The notes under the pieces were generated by a model. The model was not told the DNA's origin. It saw nothing but the letters and a program-made list of their open reading frames with translations, and did not search any database. Positions 1-12,049 of a stretch of DNA of 64,000 bases are shown here, in pieces. The position numbers and the translations under genes are program-made. Origin of the DNA: Lama guanicoe (lineage: Eukaryota); NCBI GenBank assembly GCA_013239625.1, contig MU053468.1, forward strand, positions 1 to 64,000, given 5' to 3'. The stretch's first letter is position 1, and each line of letters opens with the position of its first letter.

Positions 1-493
1 CAGCCTCCCCCTCCCCTTGCCTTCCCCCCCCCCCCCCACCTCCAGCAGAGGCTTGAGAGCAAAATCAGACTAGTCCTAACATCCTGCTCACAGCGGGCTG
101 AAATTCTCCTAAAGACCCCGCACTAGCAGCTCCATGCCTTGGGGGATGATGTTCTGTGTCACTGTAGTCTCACCTTTGCAGAGCCTCATAGGGGGATGTT
201 GACTTCTCCAGTGTTGGGCTGATGCTCAGAGAGGTGGAATTAGTAACTCAAGGTTGCACAGTGAGCGAGCAGCCTGGGTTTTGAGCCTAGGCCCAGCCCG
301 TACACTTCCCTCCCAGTCCTCCTGACTGGGCAATGATGGAGATTGGGGATTCACCTTATTTTTCTTCCTTCTGGCCTCCACTCACTGCCAAGCTTAAGTA
401 TCTGAGCCAGTTCCCTTCTCTGAGCCTGCTGGGCCCATCTGCTCCCTGCCTTTATTGGGGGGCTGCAGGCTGTCCCTTGCATGTCTCCTCCAG

Positions 494-630
494 TCTTCAT
501 CAGCTGCCTGACGCTGTCTGCGCCCATGTTTGGCTACCTGGGCGACCGGCACAACCGCAAGGCCGTGCTGAGCTTCGGTATCCTGTTCTGGTCAGGAGCA
601 GGCCTCTCCAGTTCCTTCATCCCCCCCCAG
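494..630 (+). CDS. SPNS3: SPNS3 exon 3 (137 nt): (V)[45 protein letters not shown]
   Basis: Acceptor ctcctccag|, donor |gtaggt; MFS motif-A-like [10 protein letters not shown]. Confidence 0.95.
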
Positions 631-1101
631 GTAGGTGCTCTCACCCCTGCCCAAGCCCCTGGGGGACCCTCCCCAAACTGCTTCCTCCCTGATCCAGCCC
701 CTGCTGAGCCAGGCGGGGCATTCCAGGGCTGAGAGAAGCCCGTTGGACTTTCTTAACAGAGGCCTTCCTCTCTGGCACCGTGGCTTTATTTCTGCCTGGC
801 TGTGCTGGGGCTAGAGGTGAGGGTAATCGCTCCCGTCTGCGGGAACTGGCCTGGTTAGCCAAGACGATGCCCAGGAAGAGAGCTCCTTTGGGCGGTGGGG
901 GGCAGGTAGCAGCTGTGGGCTCCAGCAGGGGGCACCCGTGTGATTTGGGGAACCTGGACTGGGAGGATGGTGAGGTGTCTGGAGCCCTGACACCTCCTCC
1001 TCTCCTGGGGCTCGTGCTACCAGATGCCCTCTGTCCCTCTGAGAACAATCCTCCTGGTGTGATTTCTGGAACTCACTGTGGTATTGTCCCCATCTGCCCA
1101 G

Positions 1102-1253
1102 TACTCCTGGCTCTTCTTCCTGTCCCGGGGACTGGTGGGCATCGGCACGGCCAGCTCCTCCATCATTGCGCCCACCATCCTGTGTGACCTCTTCGTGAGG
1201 GACCAGCGGACCCAAGTGCTGACCATCTTCTATATCTTTATTGCTGTTGGAAG
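1102..1253 (+). CDS. SPNS3: SPNS3 exon 4 (152 nt): [50 protein letters not shown](S)
   Basis: Acceptor ctgcccag|, donor |gttggt; in phase with exons 3 and 5. Confidence 0.95.
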
Positions 1254-1970
1254 GTTGGTATTACTCTGGATCCACTTCCCTGGGTGGTACACTGAGGCCC
1301 AGAGGAGTCAGAACAGGGGCTGGGCTGGGTGGAGGAGACGTCAGAGCAGGAGGGCTAGGTTTGGAATCTCAACTCTACCCCTTCCTCCCTGTGTCCCTTT
1401 AGCTCTCTGAGCCTCAGTTTCCTCATCTGTAAAAATGGCGCCAGTAACATTGACCGATGGGCTATGGTGGGAGTTAGAGATACATAATGAGGATGCTCCC
1501 TACCTGCTAGTCCACCCCAGGAAGGGGTGAGATAGTGCAGCCTGGCCGTACGGCCTGCTCAGGGAGGGGCCGGCTCTGGGAGGGGAGGCAGGGAAGTGTG
1601 TTGGGGTCGGGCGTGTACCCCACAGTGGGGTGGGGCAGAATGGGATTTGCAGTCAGGACCCTGAGCTCTGACTCAGGTTTCCTGAAATCGCCTCACTGGG
1701 GCAGGGCTGAGCCTTGGGGAGGTGCATGGTCCTCATATTGGGAGACAGTGCACAGTGGTGCTGGGGCTGGGCCTGGAGCCAGAGGTCACCAGTGACTTGA
1801 CCAAGGGCAGTGGCCATCTGGGTCTCACATGGCTCACTCTTCCCAGTGAAATGGCCATGAGCTGCAGAGAGCTGGCTCCCTAGGGTGGGCGCACCCTCGC
1901 TTAGGTTGGTCTTGGGGCCCCGGGCCTGCCTCCTTCCCCTCACTGCTGTTTCCCCGCCCCTCTGCTGCAG

Positions 1971-2037
1971 TGGTCTGGGCTATGTGCTGGGGTCGGCTGT
2001 GACGGAGCTGACCGGGAACTGGCGTTGGGCCCTCCGA
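1971..2037 (+). CDS. SPNS3: SPNS3 exon 5 (67 nt): GLGYVLGSAVTELTGNWRWALR
   Basis: Acceptor tgctgcag|, donor |gtgagt; spinster WRWALR motif. Confidence 0.95.
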
Positions 2038-2786
2038 GTGAGTCCAGTTTCCTTTTCTTCCCTCTGTTTTCCCACTGGGCCAGCAGGGACTTTCCAGCCT
2101 CTAGTGGCCTTAGCCCCTTGGCACAGTACCTGGCGCCGTGGGGGGTGCTCAGATGTCAGCAGCTTCAGACACTGGGGGCCTCGTATGGAACGTGGCCTCT
2201 GGAAGTCATGCCCCTGGGATCAAATCCCAGCTGCTCAGTTGGCTAGCTGTGTGACCTCAGGCTAGTCCCCTCCCTCTTCGGGGCCTCACTTTGCCTATCT
2301 GTAGAGTGGGGGGGAGTAAAGGCTGCCTTATGGAATCTTGAGGATTTGTGAGACAGGGATGGAAGGACACTAGGGCAGGGCTGGCCTGGCAGGTGGAGGC
2401 GTGGACCGGGAAAAGGGACAGTTATTGGAGCAGCAAGTCCTCAGCAGTCAGGGCCAGGGTAGTCAGGCCTCTAGCTCTCCACCATGTCAGGCTCACTGCT
2501 CCCAATAGTAGCGTCTGTACAGGACAAACGGGTATTAAGTCAAGAACCAAGGGCACCCCACTCCCCAGAGAGGCTGTACTCAGAGTGAGGGGTTGGGAGC
2601 AGTGGTATGTTAAGCTCTGTGCATAACCAACCCCGGGGAAATGAGTCCCTCTCCCCCCTTGCCCACCCCCCGCCTCCAGGGCACAGAGCATCCCAAGAGC
2701 CTGGACCACAGAGTTCAGCCACCCAAGGGATCTCCTGGGTTGCAGGAGTGTGTGACCCTGAGCTTCCTGGACCTTCCTATCCCCAG

Positions 2787-2930
2787 GTCATGTCTCCCCT
2801 GGAAGTCTTGGCCTTGATCCTTCTTATCGTGCTGGTTCCAAAACCCCGGAGCTGCTGAGAAGCAGGGGGTAATGGCCGTGGGGGGCCCAAAGAGCAGCTG
2901 GTATGAAGATGTCAGATACCTGGGGAGAAA
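2787..2930 (+). CDS. SPNS3: SPNS3 exon 6 (144 nt, frameshifted): VMSPLEVLALILLIVLVPKP / GAAEKQGVMAVGGPKSSWYEDVRYLGR(N)
   Basis: Acceptor tatccccag|, donor |gtgagt. The 5' and 3' parts are SPNS3-like in different frames; the entry frame stops at TGA 2856-2858. Confidence 0.9.
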
Positions 2931-3743
2931 GTGAGTGTCCCTGCTTCTCCCTTCATGTCACTGAAAACCCCTATGTCTGACCTAGAATCACTGACCTCCC
3001 TCTGCCTCCAGGGAGCCCTCCCTGACTGTCCCAACATTCACAACCTTCTTCCTCCTCTGAGCTCCCATTCACCAACTGAGATGTCCCTCCCCGACTTGGA
3101 GGCCCCCTTCACCTCGCCATGTGACAGAATGTGGGCTGGGAGGGAGGGAGGGAGGAAGGCAGCGTGAGCTCCAACCTTGGCTCTGCCTCTGCCTTATCCC
3201 TGAGTGACCTGAGACTTGGAACCTCACTTCCCTCATTGATTCAATGGACATAATTCTCTAGCCTTGCCAGCTTCTCAGGGTGGCTGGGAAGATGCCGGGG
3301 TGAATCACTTACCTCTCCAAGCCTCATGGGAGTGCATCCCTCTCTATTCTAGGCATGGTTGGGGAGGCAGGCAGGAGTCACTTGCATGCCCAGGTCTCAT
3401 GATTTACCAAAATGTGGGGCATGGAGAGGACCCCCACTCTCTTGGTTACAGAGCCATGAGCCGAGTGGAGGGTACTTAGAGGAAAGTGAGGCAACAGGGA
3501 CATCTTGCTGGATGGACAATATTATGTTGGATTTGAGCCTTTCAGGCTGGGGAGAGTTGCTCCTGCAGAGAGGAGGGAGGAGGGCTTCTTAATGAGTGTC
3601 GGGGAGGATGTGGAGCCTGGAGCCACCCGAGTGCCAGGGTGACCGAGTACCCAGGAGAGAGGGGAGGGGAGCGAGCAGAAGCAGACAGGACCCCCCCAGC
3701 CCCAGCCCTCTGCCAGCTCCAGCCAGAGCACTTTCTCTTGCAG

Positions 3744-3896
3744 TTGGAGTTTTGTGTGTTTGAACTTTGGACTGACAGCCGTGGCCTTTGTGACTGGAGC
3801 CCTGGGCTTCTGGGCCCCCAAGTTTTTATTCGAGGCCCGTATGGTGCACGGGCTGCAGTTTCCCTGCTTTCTGGGGCCGTGCAACAGCTTGGACAG
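3744..3896 (+). CDS. SPNS3: SPNS3 exon 7 (153 nt): WSFVCLNFGLTAVAFVTGALGFWAPKFLFEARMVHGLQFPCFLGPCNSLD(S)
   Basis: Acceptor ctttctcttgcag|, donor |gtgagg; AFVTGALGFWAP motif. Confidence 0.95.
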
Positions 3897-5434
3897 GTGA
3901 GGGGCCTCTGGCACCCAGGCTGGGTGGGGGGCTCTTGGTGGGGAAGTTCTCGGGAAGTTCTGAGCCCCCAGACTCAGTTTGTGTGGGCTTACAGAGCTCT
4001 GTGAAGACACCAGGGCTTGGGGCTCCTCTGGCAGGTGGCTGGCCTGGTTCTAGCTCGGGCTGAGCTGTGCTGCACTGAGTGGCCACAGGCAGCTCCCTTG
4101 TCCTCTCTGGGCCCCAGTCCCTGTCTTCCAACTCTTGGCCTACACTGGGGATCCAGAAGGCACTTGGGGTGAGTGAGGCTTCTGTGGGGCCTGTGAGATG
4201 TTGGGATTCTTAGGCAACCTTCCTTTGGAGGGACCCGTAGTGTGGGTCATCCCATTTTACAGAGGGCAGACTGAGGCACTGGGATGATTCATCACTTAAC
4301 CGGGTTTAGGGATTTCACAGGCGTTCGTGTGTTCTCTGCCTCTTTTAAGGCACTGACAGCCCTGGGAAAGCTGCTGGCAGAGTGGGCTGGGGGGAGAGCA
4401 GAAGCCACATGGAGGGCAGGCACTCAGCCCTGGGACTGCCCGCCCACTCCCTGTCCCCCTCACCCTGCTGTGCTCCTGTTCCACCACCTGACCCCGTTCT
4501 CCAGGGCCTCATGACACCCTGATGGAGAGCGAACATCTCAGTCCTCTTACTTGCTCCCGCCTCCTCTTTAAAGCCCTCTAGCCCAGTTTCCTCCTCTGTC
4601 TGATGCGTTTCAGACTCCTTACAGACCCCTCCTCCTCCCTGATCCTGCCTCGATGTGCTCCTCCGAGTTCCTCAGGGCTCTGTGTTCTGCCCTGAGGCCT
4701 CAGGGACACTACCCCCTCTCCCTAGCCTCTTCTCTTGCCTCTCCCTCCCTCCCTGATGCCCAGAGAGAACTTTGCGTAAGTTCCAGAATGTCCTCTGCCC
4801 CTTTCCCTTGTCTGCCTTTGCCCAAGCTGGGCCCTCTGCCCATGGCTGCCTTCCCTTTTCTCATTGTTGCTTCTTAAGCTGTAACTTTAGTTTGGTCCCT
4901 GAGCTAAGCATCTTACGTGACAAACCGTCTGAGGTTTTATGATAATAAACCCTAGTATTCCTGTCCTTCAAATGAGGAGATGGAAGATCAGAGTGGGTAA
5001 ATAACTTGTCCAAGGTCACACAGCTAACGAGTAGCAGAGCCAGGATTCAGACTCCAAAGCTGGTGCTCTTCAGCTCTGTTTCCTGTTGCCCCTGGAGACT
5101 GCCTGGTACTGTTAATGGACTTGAACATCTCTCCCGCCAGCTGGCACACAGTGGGTGCTCAGGAAGCCTCCAGCGAGTGAATGAATGAATGCATCAAAGG
5201 AGACCTATATTTGTCTTGGCTCTACAGTTAGATTCTTATCTCCCTGGAGGCAAAGACTGAGTCCTAGAAGTCCCACAGCAGCTTGAAAAAGTGGAGAAAA
5301 AACAGGACTCCATCCCACTTCAGGCCTTAACTGGCTGTGTGTTCCTGGGCGAGTCACCTCCCCTTTCTCGGCTCACCTTCCTCCTCTAACTCAGCTCCTT
5401 CACAGAATCTGGATGAGAAATGGACGTGGCTGTT

Positions 5435-5889
5435 TGTGTTAGTGTCCTAGGGCTGATGGAACAGATCATACCCCCCCCAACACACACACACACTTGGTAG
5501 CTTGAAACAGAAATTTTTCTCATAGTTCTGGAGGCCAGAAGTCCAGAATGGTTTTACTGGGCCAAAACCAAGTTCAGCTGCCCTCACTCCCTCTGGGGGC
5601 TCTCTGGGATTTGCCTCTTCCAGCTTCTGGTGGCGGCTGGCCTTCCTGCGTCACTCCAGGCTCTACATCCGTTGTCACGTTGCCTTCTCCTCTTATGTCT
5701 CAAATCTCCCTCCCCTTCCTTCTTATAAGGACACTTGCAAGTGCATTTAGGGTCCACCTGAAAAATGGAGGATAATCTCCCTGTCTCACAATCACTGATG
5801 TAATCACGTTTACAAAGTCTGTTTCGCCGTACAAGGTACCAGAGATTAGGACATAGATGTCTTGAGGGGGCATTAATCAACCCACTACA
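5435..5889 (-). mobile_element. MLT1 (ERVL-MaLR) solo LTR, MLT1B/C-like
   Basis: TG...CA termini and typical MaLR motifs (tctcatagttctggaggccagaagtcc; tcttataaggacac; caacccactaca). Confidence 0.8.
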
Positions 5890-7299
5890 GAGTGGTAGGA
5901 GGTCCCGGTGCTGGGGTTCTGCACAGACCTCAGCTGTTAATACACTCTCCGTGGTTAGGCTAAGCCCCACGGTGAGGGTGGTGAGGGTGGGGCTGGAGCT
6001 CGAAGCTATAGGACGCAGGATTCTAGCTCTGCCAGAGGGAGAATTTCCAAAACTCAGAGCTGGCCCAGATGGAAGGGGCAGCATGGGGGTAATGAGCTTC
6101 CCACCCCTGGGGTCATGTAAGTAGGAGTTGGAGAGCTGCTTGCCAGGGCCGTTGTACAGAGGAGTACAGCATAGAACTTGAAGGCCTTTAAGGGCCCTCT
6201 TGGCTCTGAGAGTCTGATTCTGGGAAGGCCTTGTCGGGGTCGGGGCACTTCATGGTTAATGTGTTCTCTGGCCACACTTCCTGCTCAGGGGCTGCCCCCA
6301 CCCCCGCCCGCCTCGCCTCCTCTACATCGCCTCTCTGAATAATCAATCCTGTCTTACAAAGGTCTTAAGAACCTGCCAAGGCCGGCTCACACCAGGACTC
6401 AGAGACAGATAGCATTCATCTGGGAATAGGGGTCACTTGACTGGTCTGAGCTGGAGCCTGGTACAGCTTGGAAGGCTGGGAAGGTTTGGTGAGCACCTTT
6501 AAGCTGCCTAAGGACACACATGCTTCATTTGGTAGGCGGAGGGCCAGGAGACCCTGGCGCTTCCAGTGAAGGGCTGTGTGATCTCCAGCAGTTTCCTGGC
6601 CTCTCTGGGCTTTACATGATCTCCTGTAAACCAAGGGGATGGGGCCGGGGAAGAAACCCATGAGTCCTCACCTGTGGGATGGGCGTTTCACAGAAGTTGT
6701 TCAGAGGTGAGGTGGATTTTTTGTGACACTCCGTTTGTCAGTAACCACAGTCTTGCATCCGTCTGTTCTTACATCTTGGTGGGAGCCATGGAGGTAACAG
6801 CAGGCACCTGGCACTTTGGAAATGTTTGGATCAAGGAGGAGATGCTGGCCAGGTGCAGAATGATGGTGAGGGTAGCAGTGCTCCAGGCCGAGGGAAGAGT
6901 GTGGGCCAAGGCAGGGAAGCTGGAAGGTGTAGGGTAAAGTTTAGAGAATTCCTGGTCATTCGTGCAGAGTGAGGGAGGGGGAAAAGACAGGAGGTTACAC
7001 AGGTCAGCAGGGGCCAGTCCTGCTGTGCTGGCTGGGAACTTGCCCTGAGGACAACAGGGAGGCTCTGAGGGGCTGGAAAGGTCCTAGTTACATTTGTGTT
7101 TTAAAGAGTTCATACTAGTCTCAGCATCCTTTTGAGCTCCTTTAAAAGGAGGCTTTGGAGAGTAGGATGGACCAGGAGGCTGAAGATTTGTGTTGAAATC
7201 CTGGCTCTGCAGCTCACTAGCTGGGTAACCTTGGCCTCAACCTTTCTTAGCCTAACCTTCCTCAGCTGTCCACCTGGCAATTCCGGGAAGGATCAGTAA

Positions 7300-7930
7300 G
7301 CTCATTTGCTTAAAAAATATAGATGTATCTCTCTTGTGTTCTAGGCGCTATGCTCCCAGCCTGAAGTCGAGAAAGTAAACCAAACCTGGTTTCTGTTCTC
7401 TAGGAATTCACAGCCTAGTGAATGACCTTGATGATAGAGACACAAAAGGTGCTATGGGATCTGAGAAGAGTGAAGAAATCAACAAAGGGACAGGGGAGGG
7501 CATCCCCAAAGAGGGGACATTTGTGATGGGTCTTGAAGGATGAGTAGGAGTTTGGTAGGTGGAAAAATTAGTGAAAGGTGTTTCAGAGGGAGGAATAAAA
7601 GTACAAAGTGGGGATAGCAACTAGTCTGGGGGCCAAGGAGGATGGAACTGGGGTTTTGGGTTGAGGCCATACAGGGTCAGATCATGAAGGTCCATGTACA
7701 CCACAATGAGTTGGAGCCAAATCTGGAAGGTGTTTAAAAGCTGGTGGAGAATTTTAGGCAGGGGCATAGTCAGATCCGTGTTCTAGACAGCATCCTCTGG
7801 GAACCTATCTGGAGGTTGTCTTGGAGGGGCAGGTGCCCACAGAAGGGAGGTGCAAGAGAGGCCAAGTGGAGTCGAAGTAGGTCCAGGAGTAGGTGGGAAA
7901 GTAGGGAAGTTAGGAGGGGGCTACTTGAGA
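7300..7930 (-). mobile_element. L2 LINE fragment (degenerate)
   Basis: L2-like motifs (tcttgaaggatgagtaggagtt; ttttaggcaggggcatagtcagatc). Confidence 0.55.
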
Positions 7931-8440
7931 GGTGTTCAAAGATGGAGAGTGGGAGGATGGGCCTCAAGGAGGGAGGGTGTGTACAATGCCCAGATGAGGG
8001 CCGGTGCATTACAGAAGCTCAACAAGTAAATGTTCATTTGCTTCCACTCCCATTAGTATTGGAGGCTACAAGGCAAGGAGGTTGGAGCCAGAGTGGGACT
8101 GTAGAATTAAGTGTTCTGAGTGGGGCAGTTTCAGGTGGTGAGACAGTGGAGGAGGTCACCGGAGATGAGGCAGGCTGGGAGCTGGGGTACTGGGTGCTGG
8201 GTAGATCACCCACGTGGCCAGTGGCATCTGCAGGACGAGGCAGGAAAGGGGATGGGATGAGTAGGGGACTACATGGGTCCCTGAGCCGTGTCCCAAGGAG
8301 CCACTAGCATTGCTCAGGAGGGAGGGGAAGGGACCCATAGCCACATCCCTGTGGTACCAGATCATGCACTGGGGGCTGGTGGCTAGACCCCTATCCTAGC
8401 CCCACTGGCTGACTAACCCCTCTCTGCTTTTTTCCATCAG

Positions 8441-8630
8441 CCTGATTTTGGGGGCACTGACTGTTGTGACTGGCATTATTGGGGTCATCCTGGGAGCAGA
8501 GGCTTCAAGGAGATACAAGAAAGTCAACCCGAGGGCTGAGCCCCTCATCTGTGCCGTCAGCTTGTTTGCCGCAGCCGTCTCCTTCTACCTGGCTTTCGTC
8601 CTGGCCCCGGCCACCCTCCAGGCCTCTTAT
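8441..8630 (+). CDS. SPNS3: SPNS3 exon 8 (190 nt): LILGALTVVTGIIGVILGAEASRRYKKVNPRAEPLICAVSLFAAAVSFYLAFVLAPATLQASY
   Basis: Consensus branch point tgactaac (~8410-8417), pyrimidine tract and cag|; donor |gtaagt. Confidence 0.95.
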
Positions 8631-8739
8631 GTAAGTGAGGGCTCCTTCGGAGGTGGGAGTTGGGTGGGGTGGGTAGGGAAATCGCGTTCCACACAGGCTT
8701 ATGCTGTGCCGGGTGTTTATGTATGTTATGCACATTACA

Positions 8740-8875
8740 TCATTGATCACTCCTTCCGAGTGGAGCTTTGTTATCCCCATTTTACAGATGAGTAAACTGA
8801 GGCTCACCTAGAGTTCCACAGTTAGGAAGGCGCAGGACTGGTATTTGAGCCTAAGCCTTTCTGACTCTAAAGCGT
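8740..8875 (-). mobile_element. MIR SINE (representative; other copies near 1340-1490, 2200-2350, 4960-5070, 14900-15020, 26165-26290, 27520-27640, 28100-28290, 31560-31780, 32400-32570, 40740-40880, 51140-51270, 53670-53900, 62350-62580)
   Basis: MIR core ccccattttacagatgagtaaactgaggctc and its reverse complement cctcagtttcctcatctgtaaa at the listed sites. Confidence 0.75.
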
Positions 8876-9516
8876 ATCCTCTGAGCTCCTGGTTAATGCT
8901 GTGACTAGAGAGATTACGACCCCTTTATTCCCAGGATGTGAGTCCAAGAAAAACTAGGTTAATTCTCCCCAGGTTACAGATGAGGAAAGTGAGGCCCAGA
9001 TTGGCCATAGCCAGCCTAGACACTGCTTTAAAGGTGACAATAGTGATGATATCCCATCTTCCAGATCCATATCCCATCACATACCTTCATGCCCCTCACT
9101 ATCCGGCTGTGCTGGTGACAGGTGCTCACACCTCCCTTGCGTGTGAACATTCCCTCCACCAGGGGCACCATTCCCCTCTTCTGTGCATCCTGAAATCTTT
9201 CTCCTGCTGCAAGATCCAACTCAAAGGCCACCTCCTCCAAAAGCCCTCCGAGACTACTATGCTCACGTCAGAATCTGCTGTTCCCGCTGGGCTCCGTGCA
9301 TGTTGGTGTCCCATCAGGCACCCTGGTGTATCCAAATGTGTGCAGCAGTGTCCTTGGCTCCCCAAAGCCTTGGTTCTGACTGTCCCACAATGAGAAGGAG
9401 TCATTGACTCTGGGAAGCAGGTGCCCACCTAGCCCCAGGCAGACCAGTCAAACTCCCCTCCTTTACCCTCCCACTCCCTGGTCCCAAGGCCCTGGGGACA
9501 CAGAAGCCTCGGCACA

Positions 9517-9986
9517 TGTGGGCAGGGCTCACTGAGCAGGCTGGACTCCGAAAGCAAAGCAGTAACAGCTTTATTGTTCTCCTGTCAGTTCGGGTGTGTC
9601 TCCTGCCTATGACCAGACCCCACAGCTTTTCTAGTTACATTCATGAAGTCCCATTTAAATCAAAACTTTGGTTCTATTTCCAGATAAATATTCTATCCAG
9701 GCCCAGAAATTGCACGGGGAAGAGGGAGAGCTCCACTTGATTGGATTCTCTTGTTCCATCTCTGACCCCAGTCGCTGACACCACCCCTCCCCTGAGATCC
9801 TGGCCCCTCCAGGGTTGGGCGGGCCAGGAAGGATGACTGGAAACAGGCCACGTGTTATCCGTGTCTGGAGTTGTTTTGCGGCTGACGCCCAGATGCTGGC
9901 CGACTTGTCTCTTGGGGGCACTTCTGTGGGTTTTGCGGGCCCCTGGCCTTGATGCAGGTGACGTGGTTAACCTGTGTCCTGTCACA
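9517..9986 (-). mobile_element. Candidate ancient solo LTR (family uncertain)
   Basis: 470 bp bounded by TGT...ACA with imperfect inverted termini; AATAAA on the minus strand (9570-9575) ~55 nt from the 3' end; no clear TSD. Confidence 0.4.
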
Positions 9987-12049
9987 GCTTCCCTCTACTC
10001 CTCCTTGGGGGTTGCCCTTCCAGCTCTTCCTGCTGGACCCTGTCGCCCTGGGCAGCCACCCTGTGGGGCTCCCCTCTTGTGGCCACCAAGCCTGTCTCCT
10101 CTCTGTGGTGCCTGTTTAACCCACTGGACGAGCTTAGGGTGCAGCAGCCCCCTCCCCGCCCTCGTGCACCTTCCTGCTCCCAGGTGACATGCATTGGGGT
10201 GTCCTGAGGATGGACTTTGTGAATGCCCCTCAGGTGGCCCTGGTGCAGGAAGGTTAGCTTTTGTCAGCGTCTGGCCAGGGAGAAAGGCGAGTGTCCTTCC
10301 TGATAGGCACTGCCCCTCCATGGGTGGGCCGCCCGTGGCCCCTCACTCAGTTTTCTCACTCTTCACATAAATCCCCCCAGCCCGCATCTCCAGCCTTCTT
10401 CTGTACAAGTTGCGGGGCCACATGAGACAGTTCCATTTCTCTCTAGTCCTGAAGGTGTGGGTCCTGTTCTAAGGTGTGGGTCCTCAGCCTTCGTTGGGCT
10501 CCCACTGAAATTCCTGGGAAATAGACAAGTCCCGTTAGTGTTCCCTTCTGCACGTGCTCTTATTTTATCCTTACGGTGCCCTTGTGCCAAAAGGTATTTC
10601 TCGTTCCCACTCGACAGATAGGAATACTGAGGCCCAGAGACAGCAGCACAAAGAGTAGGACAGATGAAACTCAGACTCAGCTCCGCAGACTCCAAAGTCT
10701 GTGTCCTTCATGCTGCACTGACCCTTGTCATCCCCGTGGAAGAGAAACAGAGCCTGGCAGACACCAGGCACTAAGTACATGCCTTAGTGCCTAATGGCTG
10801 AGGGAGTGTGACTGGGACCATCATCTCCAGCTGGTGGGGGCTGGATGGGCCCAACCTTGCAGGGAGGCTGGGGCCCGGGCAGATGGAGGCCCCATTTAAG
10901 GCCTGTCCCCACAATGGCTGGGCCCTCGGACCCCCTGCCAGTTCTGCTTCTGCCACTGTCTTGGTTGGCTCCGGGAAGAGGCTCCTTGGCTGTGTTTCGG
11001 GGACACAGCTGTCCCCCGCTCTGCAGCCTGGCACATCTCCAGAGCTGGATGGCTCATCTAGAAATGACATTGCATCTTGGCTGACAAAGCCAGCTGGAGA
11101 ATCTCTTCTCCAGGCCTGCCCTGGGCAGTGAGGGGCTGAGGGGCAGGAAGGTGGGCAGGGCCAGGGTGCATCCATCCTCCAGTGCTGGGAGGCTGCCCCT
11201 CCCTGTGGCTCAAGTTTGGGCCTTGCACGATCCCCAGCGGCGCTGAGCCCTGCGACCAGAACTCCAGCCTTCTAGAAGAGGTGTGATTCCTTCTGAACCC
11301 CCTGACCAGATCCCCGCTCCAGGGCTCTGTTGTGCCTCTGAGGTCCTGAGACTCAGGCTTCAGCTCCCCCCGCACTGCCTGACCTTCCCACCCACCCGCA
11401 CCAGTCGTAAAACCCTTTACACCTCCAAAGTACCACTCTTCTGTGGTCCCCTCTGTCCTGTTCTGGCTCACGCCTTGCCATCTTTCTCCAGAACTGTCCT
11501 GGGAGCCACCTTCCGGGTCTCCTTGCCTTCCTGCTCATCCACTACAACCTGTTCTTCCCACACTGCCAGAGTGACACGGCGGAGCTTCCCCATCAAAGGC
11601 CTTGGTGCCACTGGAACTAAGCCTGGCTCCTCATCCTGACACTTAAGGCCTCTCATGAACCTCCCTGGCAGCCTTAGTAGCCTCATCCCCCATACAGTAC
11701 TGCCATGCAGGTCCCTTCCTGATTCCCAGGACATGCCCCATGCTTCCCACATCTGGGCTCTCCCTCTGTTCCCTCTCCTCCCACCCCTTCTCCATATGCC
11801 GGGGTCATTCTGTGCCTTCGGGGGCCGGTGAGGGCACCACCTCTCCCTGGAGCCTTCCTAGGTTCCCTGATCCTCTCTCCTCATCCTTGCTGCTCCTCAG
11901 CACTGTCTTCCTTGGGTCCTGGTTACTTATGTTCTGACCTGTCCCCCAGCTGGACCCAGGTTGGTTCCCATCTTTCTCAGTGCTCCAGCCCAAAGCAGAG
12001 TGTCAGGCACTTGGGGTGGGGTAATCACTGCTTGCTGAGTGAGTAGTTA

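Noticed and set aside
621..628. C8 homopolymer at the end of SPNS3 exon 3 as a possible compensating frameshift
   Set aside because: Exons 3, 4 and 5 are mutually in phase, so there is no shift here to offset exon 6.
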